Position numbers and translations under genes: made by a program
Notes under the pieces: model-generated
Told to the model about the DNA's origin: nothing
Database searches by the model: none
What the model saw: the letters and a program-made list of their open reading frames with translations, nothing else
Assembly: GCA_964007735.1 (NCBI GenBank)
Contig: CAXGAI010000014.1
Coordinates: 62,001-111,982 of the forward strand
DNA: 49,982 nt
Direction: 5' to 3'
Source of the DNA: an uncultured Rhodopirellula sp.
Lineage (GTDB): Bacteria; Planctomycetota; Planctomycetia; Pirellulales; Pirellulaceae
Shown here: positions 1-9,181 of the stretch, piece by piece
How the letters are laid out: every line of letters begins with the position of its first letter
How positions within the stretch are numbered: the stretch's first letter is position 1

Positions 1-79
1 GCTGCAATGTTTGTACACGCGTTTCGCTTCTGAGCACAGGTCCGCTTTGTGCTGCGGCGATTCGAATGATTCGCGCCAT
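1..79 (-). CDS. 5' end (26 codons, cut by the window edge) of a nitrilase-family enzyme resembling N-carbamoyl-D-amino-acid amidohydrolase
   Basis: The reverse complement reads GGAG-6nt-ATG then MARIIRIAAAQSGPVLRSETRVQTLQ, matching the 'R.I.IAAAQ.GPI.R.E.R..V..RL' N-terminus of D-carbamoylases. Not in the ORF track. Confidence 0.65.
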   Translation of the reverse strand, partial: MARIIRIAAAQSGPVLRSETRVQTLQ

Positions 80-172
80 AATGAGCTCCAGTTTTTAAGA
101 AGATAAAATAGTTGAATTTGTTAAGCTCTAGTTTTGATCATCCCGAAACGGAATCGTTAGGTATTCAAATCA

Positions 173-739
173 ATGAGAGAAATGCCAGAGATTAACCATT
201 GTATTCCAAATCGTAATGCGTTTTGGTGTGCTAAGTGTTATGTACACTCGCAGTTTTATTGCGAAACGGAGAGTGATGGTACGGCAAGGTACTCGTGCCG
301 TGAGTGTGATTTTGCTATGTTCCTTCCAGGACAGATTGTGCCATGGAAAAACGGGTTATTACTTGGGACCCTTTTATTGGGTTTATTTGGTCTATTTCGT
401 TTGCCTCATGAAATGATGACCTATTGGCAATGGTCGCCTGCCTGCCTGGCCTTTGCAGGATTCTTTGGTTTGATAGGGGGGATGATGTGGTTTCATATGA
501 GGAACTACTCCCAATGGGCAGCTAGCCAAAGGTTGAAGAGTAATAGTGAACTGGAGAAAGAGGCGAATGAATTTGCAGCCTCTCCATATTATGAAATGAG
601 TGACGAATTTGATAAATGGGCAGCGCAGTTTTTGAGTGAAACGGAATTACTGCAATTGCATGAGCGTTTTGATTGCAGGAAAAAGAAAACAGTTTCTAAG
701 CCGAGTGATGAGTTGGAGCTACCACCGCTCGAAGATTAA
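173..739 (+). CDS. Hypothetical membrane protein with an N-terminal zinc ribbon
   Basis: 188 aa ORF with CAKC...CREC pairs, two hydrophobic helices and an acidic C-terminal tail. Confidence 0.6.
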   Translation: MREMPEINHCIPNRNAFWCAKCYVHSQFYCETESDGTARYSCRECDFAMFLPGQIVPWKNGLLLGTLLLGLFGLFRLPHEMMTYWQWSPACLAFAGFFGLIGGMMWFHMRNYSQWAASQRLKSNSELEKEANEFAASPYYEMSDEFDKWAAQFLSETELLQLHERFDCRKKKTVSKPSDELELPPLED

Positions 740-756
740 GGTGTCTGGAAAAAGCT

Positions 757-1290
757 TTAGCTGATGTAAAGGGATTGGTTATCGCCCAAATCCAAGCCCT
801 TGCAGGAAAGCTTAGCCTTGAGTCCCCATTTGATTTCCTGTCTTTTGCGATGCCGATCAATGGAGGTGATACTGTTTCTAAAGCCCGTTGGGACAGATAT
901 TTGGAAAGGAAAAGACTTTTCTGTGCCCGGCACGAAGTTTAGGTCTTCCGAGATCTGTACGCTGTCGTTGAAAAGAATTTCCGAATGTCTGGTCTCTTTC
1001 AGTTTCCCTTCGGAGTCTCGTTCTTCGTCAAACCAAATTAACTCTGCCTGTAGGGTAACACATAAGTTGTGGGCATCGATTTCTTTTCGGGGTACGACTC
1101 TGACATGTCCCTTAATCTCATCCCCTCCGGAATAACTTGAGCCGGGAAGTTCAAGATAAACGCTTCCCTTTGCGTATTTAAGTGCAAATACAGCGATGAT
1201 CCCAATGATAACGACCACGATTAAGCCTGTGATCAAAATGGATGACCAACCGGATTCGTTGACACTGACGATGAGGGGAGCTATTGGCAT
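757..1290 (-). CDS. Membrane-anchored arrestin-N/SpoOM-like beta-sandwich protein
   Basis: N-terminal TM helix, then 'VYLELPGSSYSGGDEIKGHVRV', 'FPFQISVP' and 'IKWGLKAKL', typical of the arrestin-N fold. Confidence 0.6.
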   Translation of the reverse strand: MPIAPLIVSVNESGWSSILITGLIVVVIIGIIAVFALKYAKGSVYLELPGSSYSGGDEIKGHVRVVPRKEIDAHNLCVTLQAELIWFDEERDSEGKLKETRHSEILFNDSVQISEDLNFVPGTEKSFPFQISVPTGFRNSITSIDRHRKRQEIKWGLKAKLSCKGLDLGDNQSLYIS

Positions 1291-1327
1291 GGTGAAGTTA
1301 AGCTAAGTCCGAAATGAAGGCGGTGCT

Positions 1328-2707
1328 TTAAATTAGCTCCGCGATAGGTGTTCTTCCTTGGTCAACCAAATACTGGGGACGACCATGCAGATCGTCGATA
1401 GTAGCTGTGCGGGGATCGATACCAAGGTGGTGATAGAGCGTCGCAAAGACTTCCTGGAAGGCAACAGGGCGGTCGGCCGGTTCCGCAGCCTGACTGTCGG
1501 TAGCACCAATCACCTGCCCATGTTTCATTCCACCGCCAGCCATTAAAGCGCAGGCAACACGTGGCCAGTGATCGCGACCGACTTTGGCGCTAATCTTTGG
1601 TGTGCGTCCAAATTCACCCCAGACAAGGACTGCGGTATCTTTATCTAATCCGCGGTCATGCAGATCATCGATCAATGCGGTAATTGCCTTGTCGAAGATT
1701 GGGAAGTCCTCTTTCTCACGAGTAAAGATTCTGTTGTCGGCCCGGCCCTCCGCATTTAATCCACCATGCCAATCCCATTTGCTGTAGTTCACGGTGACTA
1801 CCCGGGCACCAGCCTCGATTAGTCGTCGAGCAGCGAGAAAGCTTTGTGGTACGCGCGGAGCACCATTGTAATCGATCATGATGTTAGGATCGCCTTCGCC
1901 ATATCGTTCTCTGACCTCATTGGATTCTCTGGATAGATCGAGGGCTTCGGCAAGTTTTGAACTGGTAAGAATCCCCATAGCCTGCTGTGTGAACGTGTCC
2001 AGCCCTTTCATTTGTTGAGCGGAGTCGGCTTCCCGGCGGAAGGTGTCCAGGCTTGTGAGTAATTGCTCTCGGTCTCCCAGACGGTCGGTTGTGATTCCCT
2101 TGAGTGTCATGTCGCGGCGAGTATCACCTAACGGTCGGAAACCAGTGAAGGGAGCTCCTAGGAATCCGGGGCCGGGCTCGTTGTAGGGACCATGAGTGCA
2201 GGTGTAACACAGGCTGACAAAACCAGGTGTCCCGGGATTGGCCTGTCCCTGAATTCTGTTGACGATGGAACCGAATTGGGGCCAACCTCCAGCAGGGACG
2301 GGAGCTGCATGGGTTCGGCCTGTATAACACTGAATTGCATCGTGACCGGCTTGCGCATCATTAAGTGATCGTATGACAGTGAACTTGTCCATTCGAGTCG
2401 ACATCATTGGTAACAATTCGCAAACTTCAGCTCCGGGGACATTGGAGTGAATGGGCTTCCATGGGCCGGAAATTTCAGCAGGGGCATCAGGCTTCAGGTC
2501 GAACATGTCCTGATGCGGTGGACCACCAACCAGATAGATCATGATGACTGATTTTGGATTGCTCGATCGACCATTTAAAGAATCAGCCCGGACTAAGTCC
2601 GTCAGCGAAAGCGCCCCACCTAATGCACCTACTTTCAGGAAGTTGCGGCGGGATACACCACGACAGTCTTTGGAGCCTGAACCGTTTGTATTAAAAATGG
2701 TAAGCAT
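1328..2707 (-). CDS. DUF1501 protein with a Tat-like leader
   Basis: SRRNFLK, GGPPHQDMFDLKP, WDWH, GEFGRTP and GRDHWP motifs. Start placed at ATG 2707 (MLTIFN); the ORF track extends to 2734. Confidence 0.93.
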   Translation of the reverse strand: MLTIFNTNGSGSKDCRGVSRRNFLKVGALGGALSLTDLVRADSLNGRSSNPKSVIMIYLVGGPPHQDMFDLKPDAPAEISGPWKPIHSNVPGAEVCELLPMMSTRMDKFTVIRSLNDAQAGHDAIQCYTGRTHAAPVPAGGWPQFGSIVNRIQGQANPGTPGFVSLCYTCTHGPYNEPGPGFLGAPFTGFRPLGDTRRDMTLKGITTDRLGDREQLLTSLDTFRREADSAQQMKGLDTFTQQAMGILTSSKLAEALDLSRESNEVRERYGEGDPNIMIDYNGAPRVPQSFLAARRLIEAGARVVTVNYSKWDWHGGLNAEGRADNRIFTREKEDFPIFDKAITALIDDLHDRGLDKDTAVLVWGEFGRTPKISAKVGRDHWPRVACALMAGGGMKHGQVIGATDSQAAEPADRPVAFQEVFATLYHHLGIDPRTATIDDLHGRPQYLVDQGRTPIAELI

Positions 2708-2896
2708 TGGGAACTCTCTTGTATTTAGAATCACTACCTAAGTGTTTCATCGCCATGATTTACTCACTAACTATACTTAATGTTACCAACGCAATGCGAC
2801 ATACTGCAACTTCGATTTGTCGCTTGTTCGTACGGTAGCAGGGGATGTGACGATGTTGATCAGACATCCTCAGCTGTCTGAAAGTTCAATGAGACC

Positions 2897-3766
2897 TTGT
2901 GGATTGAGGGAAACGTGATAAAGAGTTTAGTTCTTAGGCCGATTCCACAGGCTTTGTTGGGGTATACAGCCATTTGTTGTTTGCTAGGAATACTGCCTTT
3001 GATATGCCAATCCGCGGATGAGCAAGAGCCAGCAAACAGGTCGCTTTCAATCGATTCAAAGTTGCGACAAGCAATTCTGAAGGATTTACCGGCAATTCAA
3101 ATATTTAAGACAACTCCCTCGTCGCGATTTCTTGTGGATTTAGATGTTGTTAGTCGAGGTCATCCATATATAGGGAGGAGAGCTGAACGACCACATACTG
3201 GTGGACACGTCTACTTTAATCCTCTGGATAAAAAACAAACGCGAGACGTTAGTGAGTATCCCCCGATCTATGCAGTGGCTGACGGGGTGATAACCAGAAT
3301 CGATTACTCTTTCGAATTGCGGCCCATGTTTGAGCGCGCGTTGGGGAGGGACGTTGCTAACAGGCGGTATGGAATCGGCCTAACCTTCGCTAGGGAGCAG
3401 GAAAGGGGAGTCACGTTTCATTATAGTATTGAACCATTTGTGCGTCCCAAAGATCCAGATTTTTATGATCAGTTCATTTTAGTGAAGCTCGGACAAAAAG
3501 TGAGAAAGGGGGAAGTCATTGCGAGGATGTATCTGCCAGAGAATCAGGAATTAGCGAAGAAGAGCCATATCCATTTCAATTTAATTAGAGAAGGTGGGGG
3601 AGGATTTATTTCGCCCTCAATCTTTAATACTGCAACTGTCAGGGCATTTCACAAGCAGTGGAACCTGTTTCCTAATAATCCTGATGCTCCGATCCCTCCG
3701 TGCATGGGTTATAAGTTGGCTCCGGATGAAAACCCCTTTGAACGTACCGCGATAGACAGGTTGTAA
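2897..3766 (+). CDS. Secreted M23-peptidase-like protein with an atypical Zn motif
   Basis: Signal-like N-terminus; HTGGH, PIYAVADGVITRI, VKLGQKVRKGEVIA and SHIHF follow the M23/LytM pattern. The start codon is uncertain. Confidence 0.65.
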   Translation: MWIEGNVIKSLVLRPIPQALLGYTAICCLLGILPLICQSADEQEPANRSLSIDSKLRQAILKDLPAIQIFKTTPSSRFLVDLDVVSRGHPYIGRRAERPHTGGHVYFNPLDKKQTRDVSEYPPIYAVADGVITRIDYSFELRPMFERALGRDVANRRYGIGLTFAREQERGVTFHYSIEPFVRPKDPDFYDQFILVKLGQKVRKGEVIARMYLPENQELAKKSHIHFNLIREGGGGFISPSIFNTATVRAFHKQWNLFPNNPDAPIPPCMGYKLAPDENPFERTAIDRL

Positions 3767-3911
3767 ACTTGCTAGAGGTAAACAACCTGAGAAATCATTA
3801 GATCCCAGGTGCAGGGTTGCATCCTTCCCGAATTGCCTAAGTCGGATTCACCGAGGGGCTTAGGGGGCCCCGTATCATGTATACAGAGCGGAAATGGGGG
3901 GCAAACTGATT

Positions 3912-3940
3912 TTGACCCGTCGTGGAAATCCGTTTAAAAT
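3912..3940 (+). promoter_or_regulatory. Sigma70-type promoter for the DUF1552/DUF1592 pair
   Basis: TTGACC-17 bp-TAAAAT. Confidence 0.6.
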
Positions 3941-3989
3941 AGAATCTTAGATGCGGTTTAAAATTAGTAATACCACTAAGGAAAACTCA

Positions 3990-5357
3990 GTGAAGCAGCA
4001 AAATCGACGTCACTTTCTGAAGACTCAAGGAGCTACTTTGTTCCTGCCATTTATGCCCTCCATCGCTCGGGGATCCTCAGGGAAACTGGCGGAAGCGACT
4101 CCGAGCAAAAAATTAATGTTGATGTATATTCCAAACGGGATTGTACGTCGTGGGTTTTTTCCGGGAGAAGCGAGTGCCGAATTGCCGGGCTTCGTGGGTG
4201 GGTTTAACGCAGATAAAACCAAGCAAGATAAACGTGTCGATAATGTGCCTGGTGTATATCCCCTGGACTTTACGCCGACGATGCAACCTTTGCGGGAACA
4301 TGCTAATGATATAACGATGATCACCGGATTGGAGCGGAGCTATAAAAATGGCCAGGACGTCCACGCTCAGGGGGCCTCCTGTTTTCTCACTAGTTTGTCA
4401 CCGGCGCAGGCGGAAGAGCAGAATATCCGACATCCAAATGGTCGGAGTCTTGACCAGGTGATCGGAGATGCTGTCGGGCATCAATCGATTTACAACACAC
4501 TGGAAGTCAGTTGTAATGGATTTCGCGCGCCCAAAGAGCCAATTGAGTTTGATAATATTTCGTGGTATGGCCCGGGGCGTATGGCCCCATCTATCCGTGA
4601 GCCTCAGAAATTATACGATCGGCTGTTCCTGAGGAATGGTTATCAGGAACATATTGATAACATTACGGACCTTGTTCTGGCAGATGCCCGTTCGCTTTCC
4701 AGGAAGCTGGCAGTTCGCGACCGACAAAAACTGGATGAGTTTATGTCGATGGTTCGGGATATTGAACTGCGAATCGAAAAGATGGAACAGTTGCTGGCAG
4801 GCGTGGATATAGAAATCCCTAAGACGGAAGTGTTGCCGCGTGGTGAGTATATTCGGCTGCAAGCGGATCTCGTTCTATTAGCATTTCAGATGGGAATTAC
4901 CAATGTGTCCACGTTTATGATTGGACCGGAACGCTGGGATGCGACTCTGATGTATGAAGGCGTGTTTGATAATCCGGTTCAGCACCATAATATGACTCAC
5001 AATCAAAAAGGTGAGGGCTATAAAGGGGTGATGAAAATAGACCTGTTTCATATGCAGCAATATGCTTACGTGATTAAACGGATGAAAGAGATTAAGGAAT
5101 CGGATGGATCCACAATGCTGGATAACTCGATCGTTGCGTATGGTGCCGGTCTTGGTGACGGTTCAACACATCAATACTACGATCTTCCTATGGTGGTTGC
5201 CGGTCGTGCGCAAAAACAAATGAAACAGGGGCGTTTCCTCAAGGTAAATAGTGGAACGTTGAATTCTAATCTGTGGCTCAGTTTTGCTCAGATGATGGGG
5301 TTGGAAATTGATAGCTTCGCTGATAGCGACGGCGGTATTTCTGAGTTGTGGGTCTAG
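3990..5357 (+). CDS. DUF1552 (HXXSHH) protein
   Basis: NRRHFLK leader, YIPNG, SLDQVIG, DNISW and MLDNS motifs. Start placed at GTG 3990 behind AAGGA; the ORF track starts at 3951. Confidence 0.92.
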   Translation: MKQQNRRHFLKTQGATLFLPFMPSIARGSSGKLAEATPSKKLMLMYIPNGIVRRGFFPGEASAELPGFVGGFNADKTKQDKRVDNVPGVYPLDFTPTMQPLREHANDITMITGLERSYKNGQDVHAQGASCFLTSLSPAQAEEQNIRHPNGRSLDQVIGDAVGHQSIYNTLEVSCNGFRAPKEPIEFDNISWYGPGRMAPSIREPQKLYDRLFLRNGYQEHIDNITDLVLADARSLSRKLAVRDRQKLDEFMSMVRDIELRIEKMEQLLAGVDIEIPKTEVLPRGEYIRLQADLVLLAFQMGITNVSTFMIGPERWDATLMYEGVFDNPVQHHNMTHNQKGEGYKGVMKIDLFHMQQYAYVIKRMKEIKESDGSTMLDNSIVAYGAGLGDGSTHQYYDLPMVVAGRAQKQMKQGRFLKVNSGTLNSNLWLSFAQMMGLEIDSFADSDGGISELWV

Positions 5358-5413
5358 ACTTCAGGCCATTGGGCAAAAACTGTTCAACCGATCGTAAAAA
5401 GGAATTAGGAATT

Positions 5414-8281
5414 GTGTTCCGCTATTTAATGTACTTCACATTGGCCGTTATGGCTGCCGGTAATCTTTCGTTCGATGTGATGGCGAACCCCGGTCGGGAT
5501 GCGGTTTCGATTTTGCAGCAAAACTGTGTCGGTTGCCACGGAGGATTCGAAGTCAACGGAGATCTGGATTTAACATCCCTTCGTAATTCGCGACACTTAC
5601 GGAAGGATCCCGAACTGCTTGTGCAACTGATGAACGCTGTTTCAGATAAGACCATGCCGCCTGAAGGTGAGTCTGTTCTGGAAGAATCCGTCCGCCAGGA
5701 ATTGCTTCATAGCCTCGGGGAAGTGTTGCGCCAGGTGGAGTTTGAGTCGGCTGTCATGTCTGACGGGGTGGCGCGTCTGAATCGATTTCAATATAACAAT
5801 ACGATCAAAGATCTATTTGAGCTGAAAATTGACGTCTTCGCGCTGCCGGAGAAACTGATGACCCGTCACGAGCCTTATCTGACCGGCGGAAATGGAGTGA
5901 TGCCGGAACGGGTGCGGGTTGAATCGTTGGCTCTGCGTCCCCAAGCGGGAATGACAAACGTAAAGTCGTTCCCCAAGGACTCCCGCGCAAGCCATGGATT
6001 TGATAATCAGGTGGATGTTCTGACAATGTCCCCTTTACTGTTGGATGCGTTTTTGCGTTTGGCGGTTTCTATCGTTGAGAGTCCTGACTTTACCGCCGAG
6101 AAAGTTGGAGTTTGGGATGAGTTGTTCTCTGAAAAATCAGAGAACACGACGTTGGAAGAAGAGATTCGTAAACGACTGGCGGTATTTTTGTATCGTGCGT
6201 TTAGGCGTCCGATAGAAGATGACACTCTGACGCGCTATACTAACTATGCGTTAAGCCATACTTCGCGCGGACTCGACTTAACGGAGTCGATGAAAAAAGC
6301 TGTCTCAGCCGTATTGTCTTCTCCGCGTTTCTTTTATCGCAGTCGTTCCGCGACTTCGGGAGAGCTGTCGTTTGAAATTGCTTCCAGCCTTTCTTACACA
6401 CTCTGGGGTAGTTGTCCGGATGGGGAATTGCTCAAGGTGGCAGCGAATGGGGAATTGTCAGATCCGCAGGTGCTTCGCTCTACGATTCGGCGGATGCTAA
6501 AGGATCCAAAAGTAGAGCGTTTTATGGATAGTTTCCCAGTGCAGTGGATGCAGCTGGAAGCGTTGATGGCTGTGACGCCGGATCCAGGCGTTAATAGGTA
6601 TTTTAGCCTCGATGCCCAATATCCGGCGACGGTCCAGATGGTACTGGAACCATTGTTACTGTTCGATGGAGTGTTTGTCGAGAATCGCTCTATCGACGAA
6701 TTGATTTCTCCAGTCTTCAGTTACCATAGTCCATTTCTGAAAAGTTGGTATGGAGAGAAGCTTTCTCCGCCATCTGTCGATGAGCAGGCAATCAATCAGG
6801 AGAATGATCTTCGCTCCAAAGCAATTGCCAGCGAGCAAGCGATCGTGGATGACTATAACAAGCAATTGCAGGAAGTTGATACCGCGATAAAGAACCCCGT
6901 AATCTCAGGTTTGGTAGAGGCCGACCTGGTGGCCGGTCAATTGAAGTGGGAGGATTCGCAGGCGAAGCAAAGCAAAGGGGAGCTGGAACTGTCGCCTTGG
7001 TCTAAAATTGGTCCTTTCCGAGCGAACAGTCTGGATGATGCTCACAAGACAGCGTTTGTGGACGAGGCTGCAGTGGACCTCGAAAAACAGTATGGGGATT
7101 TGCGCTGGGAGAAAGCAGACGATCTTGTGGATGGTAAGATTCATGAGCTCCGGGAAGGCAACAGCGCTCATTATGTCTATAGAACAATCAGGACCGAAGC
7201 AGCCAGATCAGTTCAGATATCGCTGGGGTCTGACGATAGTTTTAAGTTGTGGCACAATGGTGTGCTTATCGGTCAGAAGAATATGGTTCGTGGAGTTGCT
7301 CCCGATCAGGACAAGTTTCGCCTTGAACTTGCTGCCGGTGAAAATGAAATTTTATTCAAGATTTCAAATGGTGTCGGCGGTTATGCCTTTTACTTCCAGG
7401 CGTCGGCGATTGCACTTCCGGATCCAGTGACTGCTGCATTGAAGATTGAAAGAGGTAACAGAGATGATAATCAGCGGAAGGTGCTTTCTGATTACTATCT
7501 GGCCATTGCTCCTGAGTTGCAGGAAGCACGTCGCATCCTTAATCTTAAAAAAGATGAGCTAATACGTGAACGTGAGGTTGTGCAGAATAAATTGAATAGT
7601 CTGCCAAAGCCTAAAAGCGTGGCAGCCCATCGAGACGACGCACAACGAGGGTTTGATAATCACGTCCGCAATCAACTTCGAGTTCGGGAGTTCGATCGTG
7701 TGGCAATTGAAGACCCTCGCTATGGTGGAATTATCACAAATGCGGCAATGTTAAGTATGACCTCCGGGCCGAAACGTACTCATCCAGTTGCACGCGGTGT
7801 GTGGATTACAGAAGTTATATTTAATGACCCACCTTCTCCGCCTCCCAATGATATCCCACCACTCAACGAAGAAGATGGCCCCAAAGATTTGACGATCCGC
7901 GAAAAGTTCGCTGCTCACCGGGAGAATCCATCCTGCGCAGGATGTCATTCGAAGTTGGATCCACTTGGATTTGCATTAGAGAATTATGACATTACCGGAC
8001 GCTGGCGTGAGCGATATATGAACGGCAGGGAAGTGGATGTCACCGGCACGCTGATGCGTACGCATGTTTTTGCCGATGTGTTGGAATTCAAAGCGTCGCT
8101 GACATCTGAAAGTGATCGTTTTTCGCGGGCCTTCGTTTCCCATTTGCTGCGTTTTGCTGTGATGCGAGAGTTAACGCCTCAAGATGAAATAATTATCGAT
8201 ACGATCATGGATCGGACCCGTGAAGATCGTCATCTTATGCGAGCAGTGATCGAAGAAGTGTTGTACCAATCGGTGCAGTAA
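5414..8281 (+). CDS. Planctomycete cytochrome c / DUF1592-1588-1585 (PSD) protein with an internal beta-sandwich insertion
   Basis: CVGCH and CAGCH heme motifs, RLNRFQYNNTIKDL, AVLSSPRFFY, THPVARGVW, DPLGFALENYD. Likely start is GTG 5414 (track: 5348). Confidence 0.9.
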   Translation: MFRYLMYFTLAVMAAGNLSFDVMANPGRDAVSILQQNCVGCHGGFEVNGDLDLTSLRNSRHLRKDPELLVQLMNAVSDKTMPPEGESVLEESVRQELLHSLGEVLRQVEFESAVMSDGVARLNRFQYNNTIKDLFELKIDVFALPEKLMTRHEPYLTGGNGVMPERVRVESLALRPQAGMTNVKSFPKDSRASHGFDNQVDVLTMSPLLLDAFLRLAVSIVESPDFTAEKVGVWDELFSEKSENTTLEEEIRKRLAVFLYRAFRRPIEDDTLTRYTNYALSHTSRGLDLTESMKKAVSAVLSSPRFFYRSRSATSGELSFEIASSLSYTLWGSCPDGELLKVAANGELSDPQVLRSTIRRMLKDPKVERFMDSFPVQWMQLEALMAVTPDPGVNRYFSLDAQYPATVQMVLEPLLLFDGVFVENRSIDELISPVFSYHSPFLKSWYGEKLSPPSVDEQAINQENDLRSKAIASEQAIVDDYNKQLQEVDTAIKNPVISGLVEADLVAGQLKWEDSQAKQSKGELELSPWSKIGPFRANSLDDAHKTAFVDEAAVDLEKQYGDLRWEKADDLVDGKIHELREGNSAHYVYRTIRTEAARSVQISLGSDDSFKLWHNGVLIGQKNMVRGVAPDQDKFRLELAAGENEILFKISNGVGGYAFYFQASAIALPDPVTAALKIERGNRDDNQRKVLSDYYLAIAPELQEARRILNLKKDELIREREVVQNKLNSLPKPKSVAAHRDDAQRGFDNHVRNQLRVREFDRVAIEDPRYGGIITNAAMLSMTSGPKRTHPVARGVWITEVIFNDPPSPPPNDIPPLNEEDGPKDLTIREKFAAHRENPSCAGCHSKLDPLGFALENYDITGRWRERYMNGREVDVTGTLMRTHVFADVLEFKASLTSESDRFSRAFVSHLLRFAVMRELTPQDEIIIDTIMDRTREDRHLMRAVIEEVLYQSVQ

Positions 8282-8302
8282 TTTGGTGCTCTCAATAAGG
8301 CC

Positions 8303-8343
8303 CGGCTAGGTAGTTTCATCGATCGCAACGAAGCTACCAGCCG
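8303..8343 (+). terminator. Stem-loop downstream of the DUF1592 gene
   Basis: CGGCT-A-GGTAGTTTC pairs with GAAGCTACC-AGCCG; the U-tract is weak. Confidence 0.4.
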
Positions 8344-8471
8344 TTGCCATTTCTCTTGCATTTCTCTTGAGATGCCCCCAAATCATCGAATAAAAGTAAA
8401 AAACACCGTTCAAATCGGTTTTTTACCCTCGGACTACTTTTCTTGAGCGACATTTTACGGTAAAGTCCTGG

Positions 8472-8492
8472 TATTGAGACTCAGTATCAATA
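8472..8492. promoter_or_regulatory. Fur-box-like inverted repeat (candidate iron-responsive operator)
   Basis: TATTGAGACTCAGTATCAATA is a 10-1-10 palindrome with one mismatch. It lies just downstream of a TAAAGT -10-like hexamer (8461-8466) and ahead of flavodoxin and fbpABC. Confidence 0.7.
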
Positions 8493-8629
8493 AGGTGAGC
8501 GGTATGCTTGTCATTTTTCATTTACTTGTAATTTTTTGGTTTGTGATCATCGCCTGTCTTTGCTTGTTGGCAAATGATTTGGGTGTACAGGGCAAATAAG
8601 ACATTTCAATTTTTAGAGGAATTAAAAAT

Positions 8630-9157
8630 ATGAAATCAATTGGTGTTTTTTATGGTTCTTCGACAGGTAACACAGAGTTGGCTGCTGAGAAGATATGCGA
8701 GCAACTAGGGCAGTTTGTTTCCCATTCGGCGGATATCACGAAATCAGAACCGGAAGACTTGCTTGGTTACGACATTTTGTTGTTAGGTGTATCCACCTGG
8801 AATATCGGCGAGATGCAGGATGATTGGGATGAATTTATTCCACGCATGGAAGGGTTAGACCTAACTGGAAAACAGGTTGGTTTCTTTGGCATGGGTGATG
8901 CTATCGGCTACTCCTACAACTTCCTTGATGCGATGGGCATGCTTTGGGATGTAGTTAAAGGGCTTGGGACTCCGAAGTTAGTCGGAGTTTGGCCTAATGA
9001 AGAATATACCTTTGACGAATCTTTGGCTGTTTACGATGACGGGCATTTCGTTGGCGTGGGGCTTGATGAGGATAATGAACCTGATTTACATGACGAACGG
9101 ATTAAGGGTTGGTTGATGAAAATTATGGTGGATTGCGAGTTAATTCCGGCATCTTAG
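8630..9157 (+). CDS. fldA: Long-chain flavodoxin
   Basis: FYGSSTGNTE, STWNIGEMQDDW, FGMGD, FLDAMG, GLDEDNE motifs; AGAGGA RBS. Confidence 0.96.
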   Translation: MKSIGVFYGSSTGNTELAAEKICEQLGQFVSHSADITKSEPEDLLGYDILLLGVSTWNIGEMQDDWDEFIPRMEGLDLTGKQVGFFGMGDAIGYSYNFLDAMGMLWDVVKGLGTPKLVGVWPNEEYTFDESLAVYDDGHFVGVGLDEDNEPDLHDERIKGWLMKIMVDCELIPAS

Positions 9158-9181
9158 ATACCAGAAAGAAACACAAATTCG

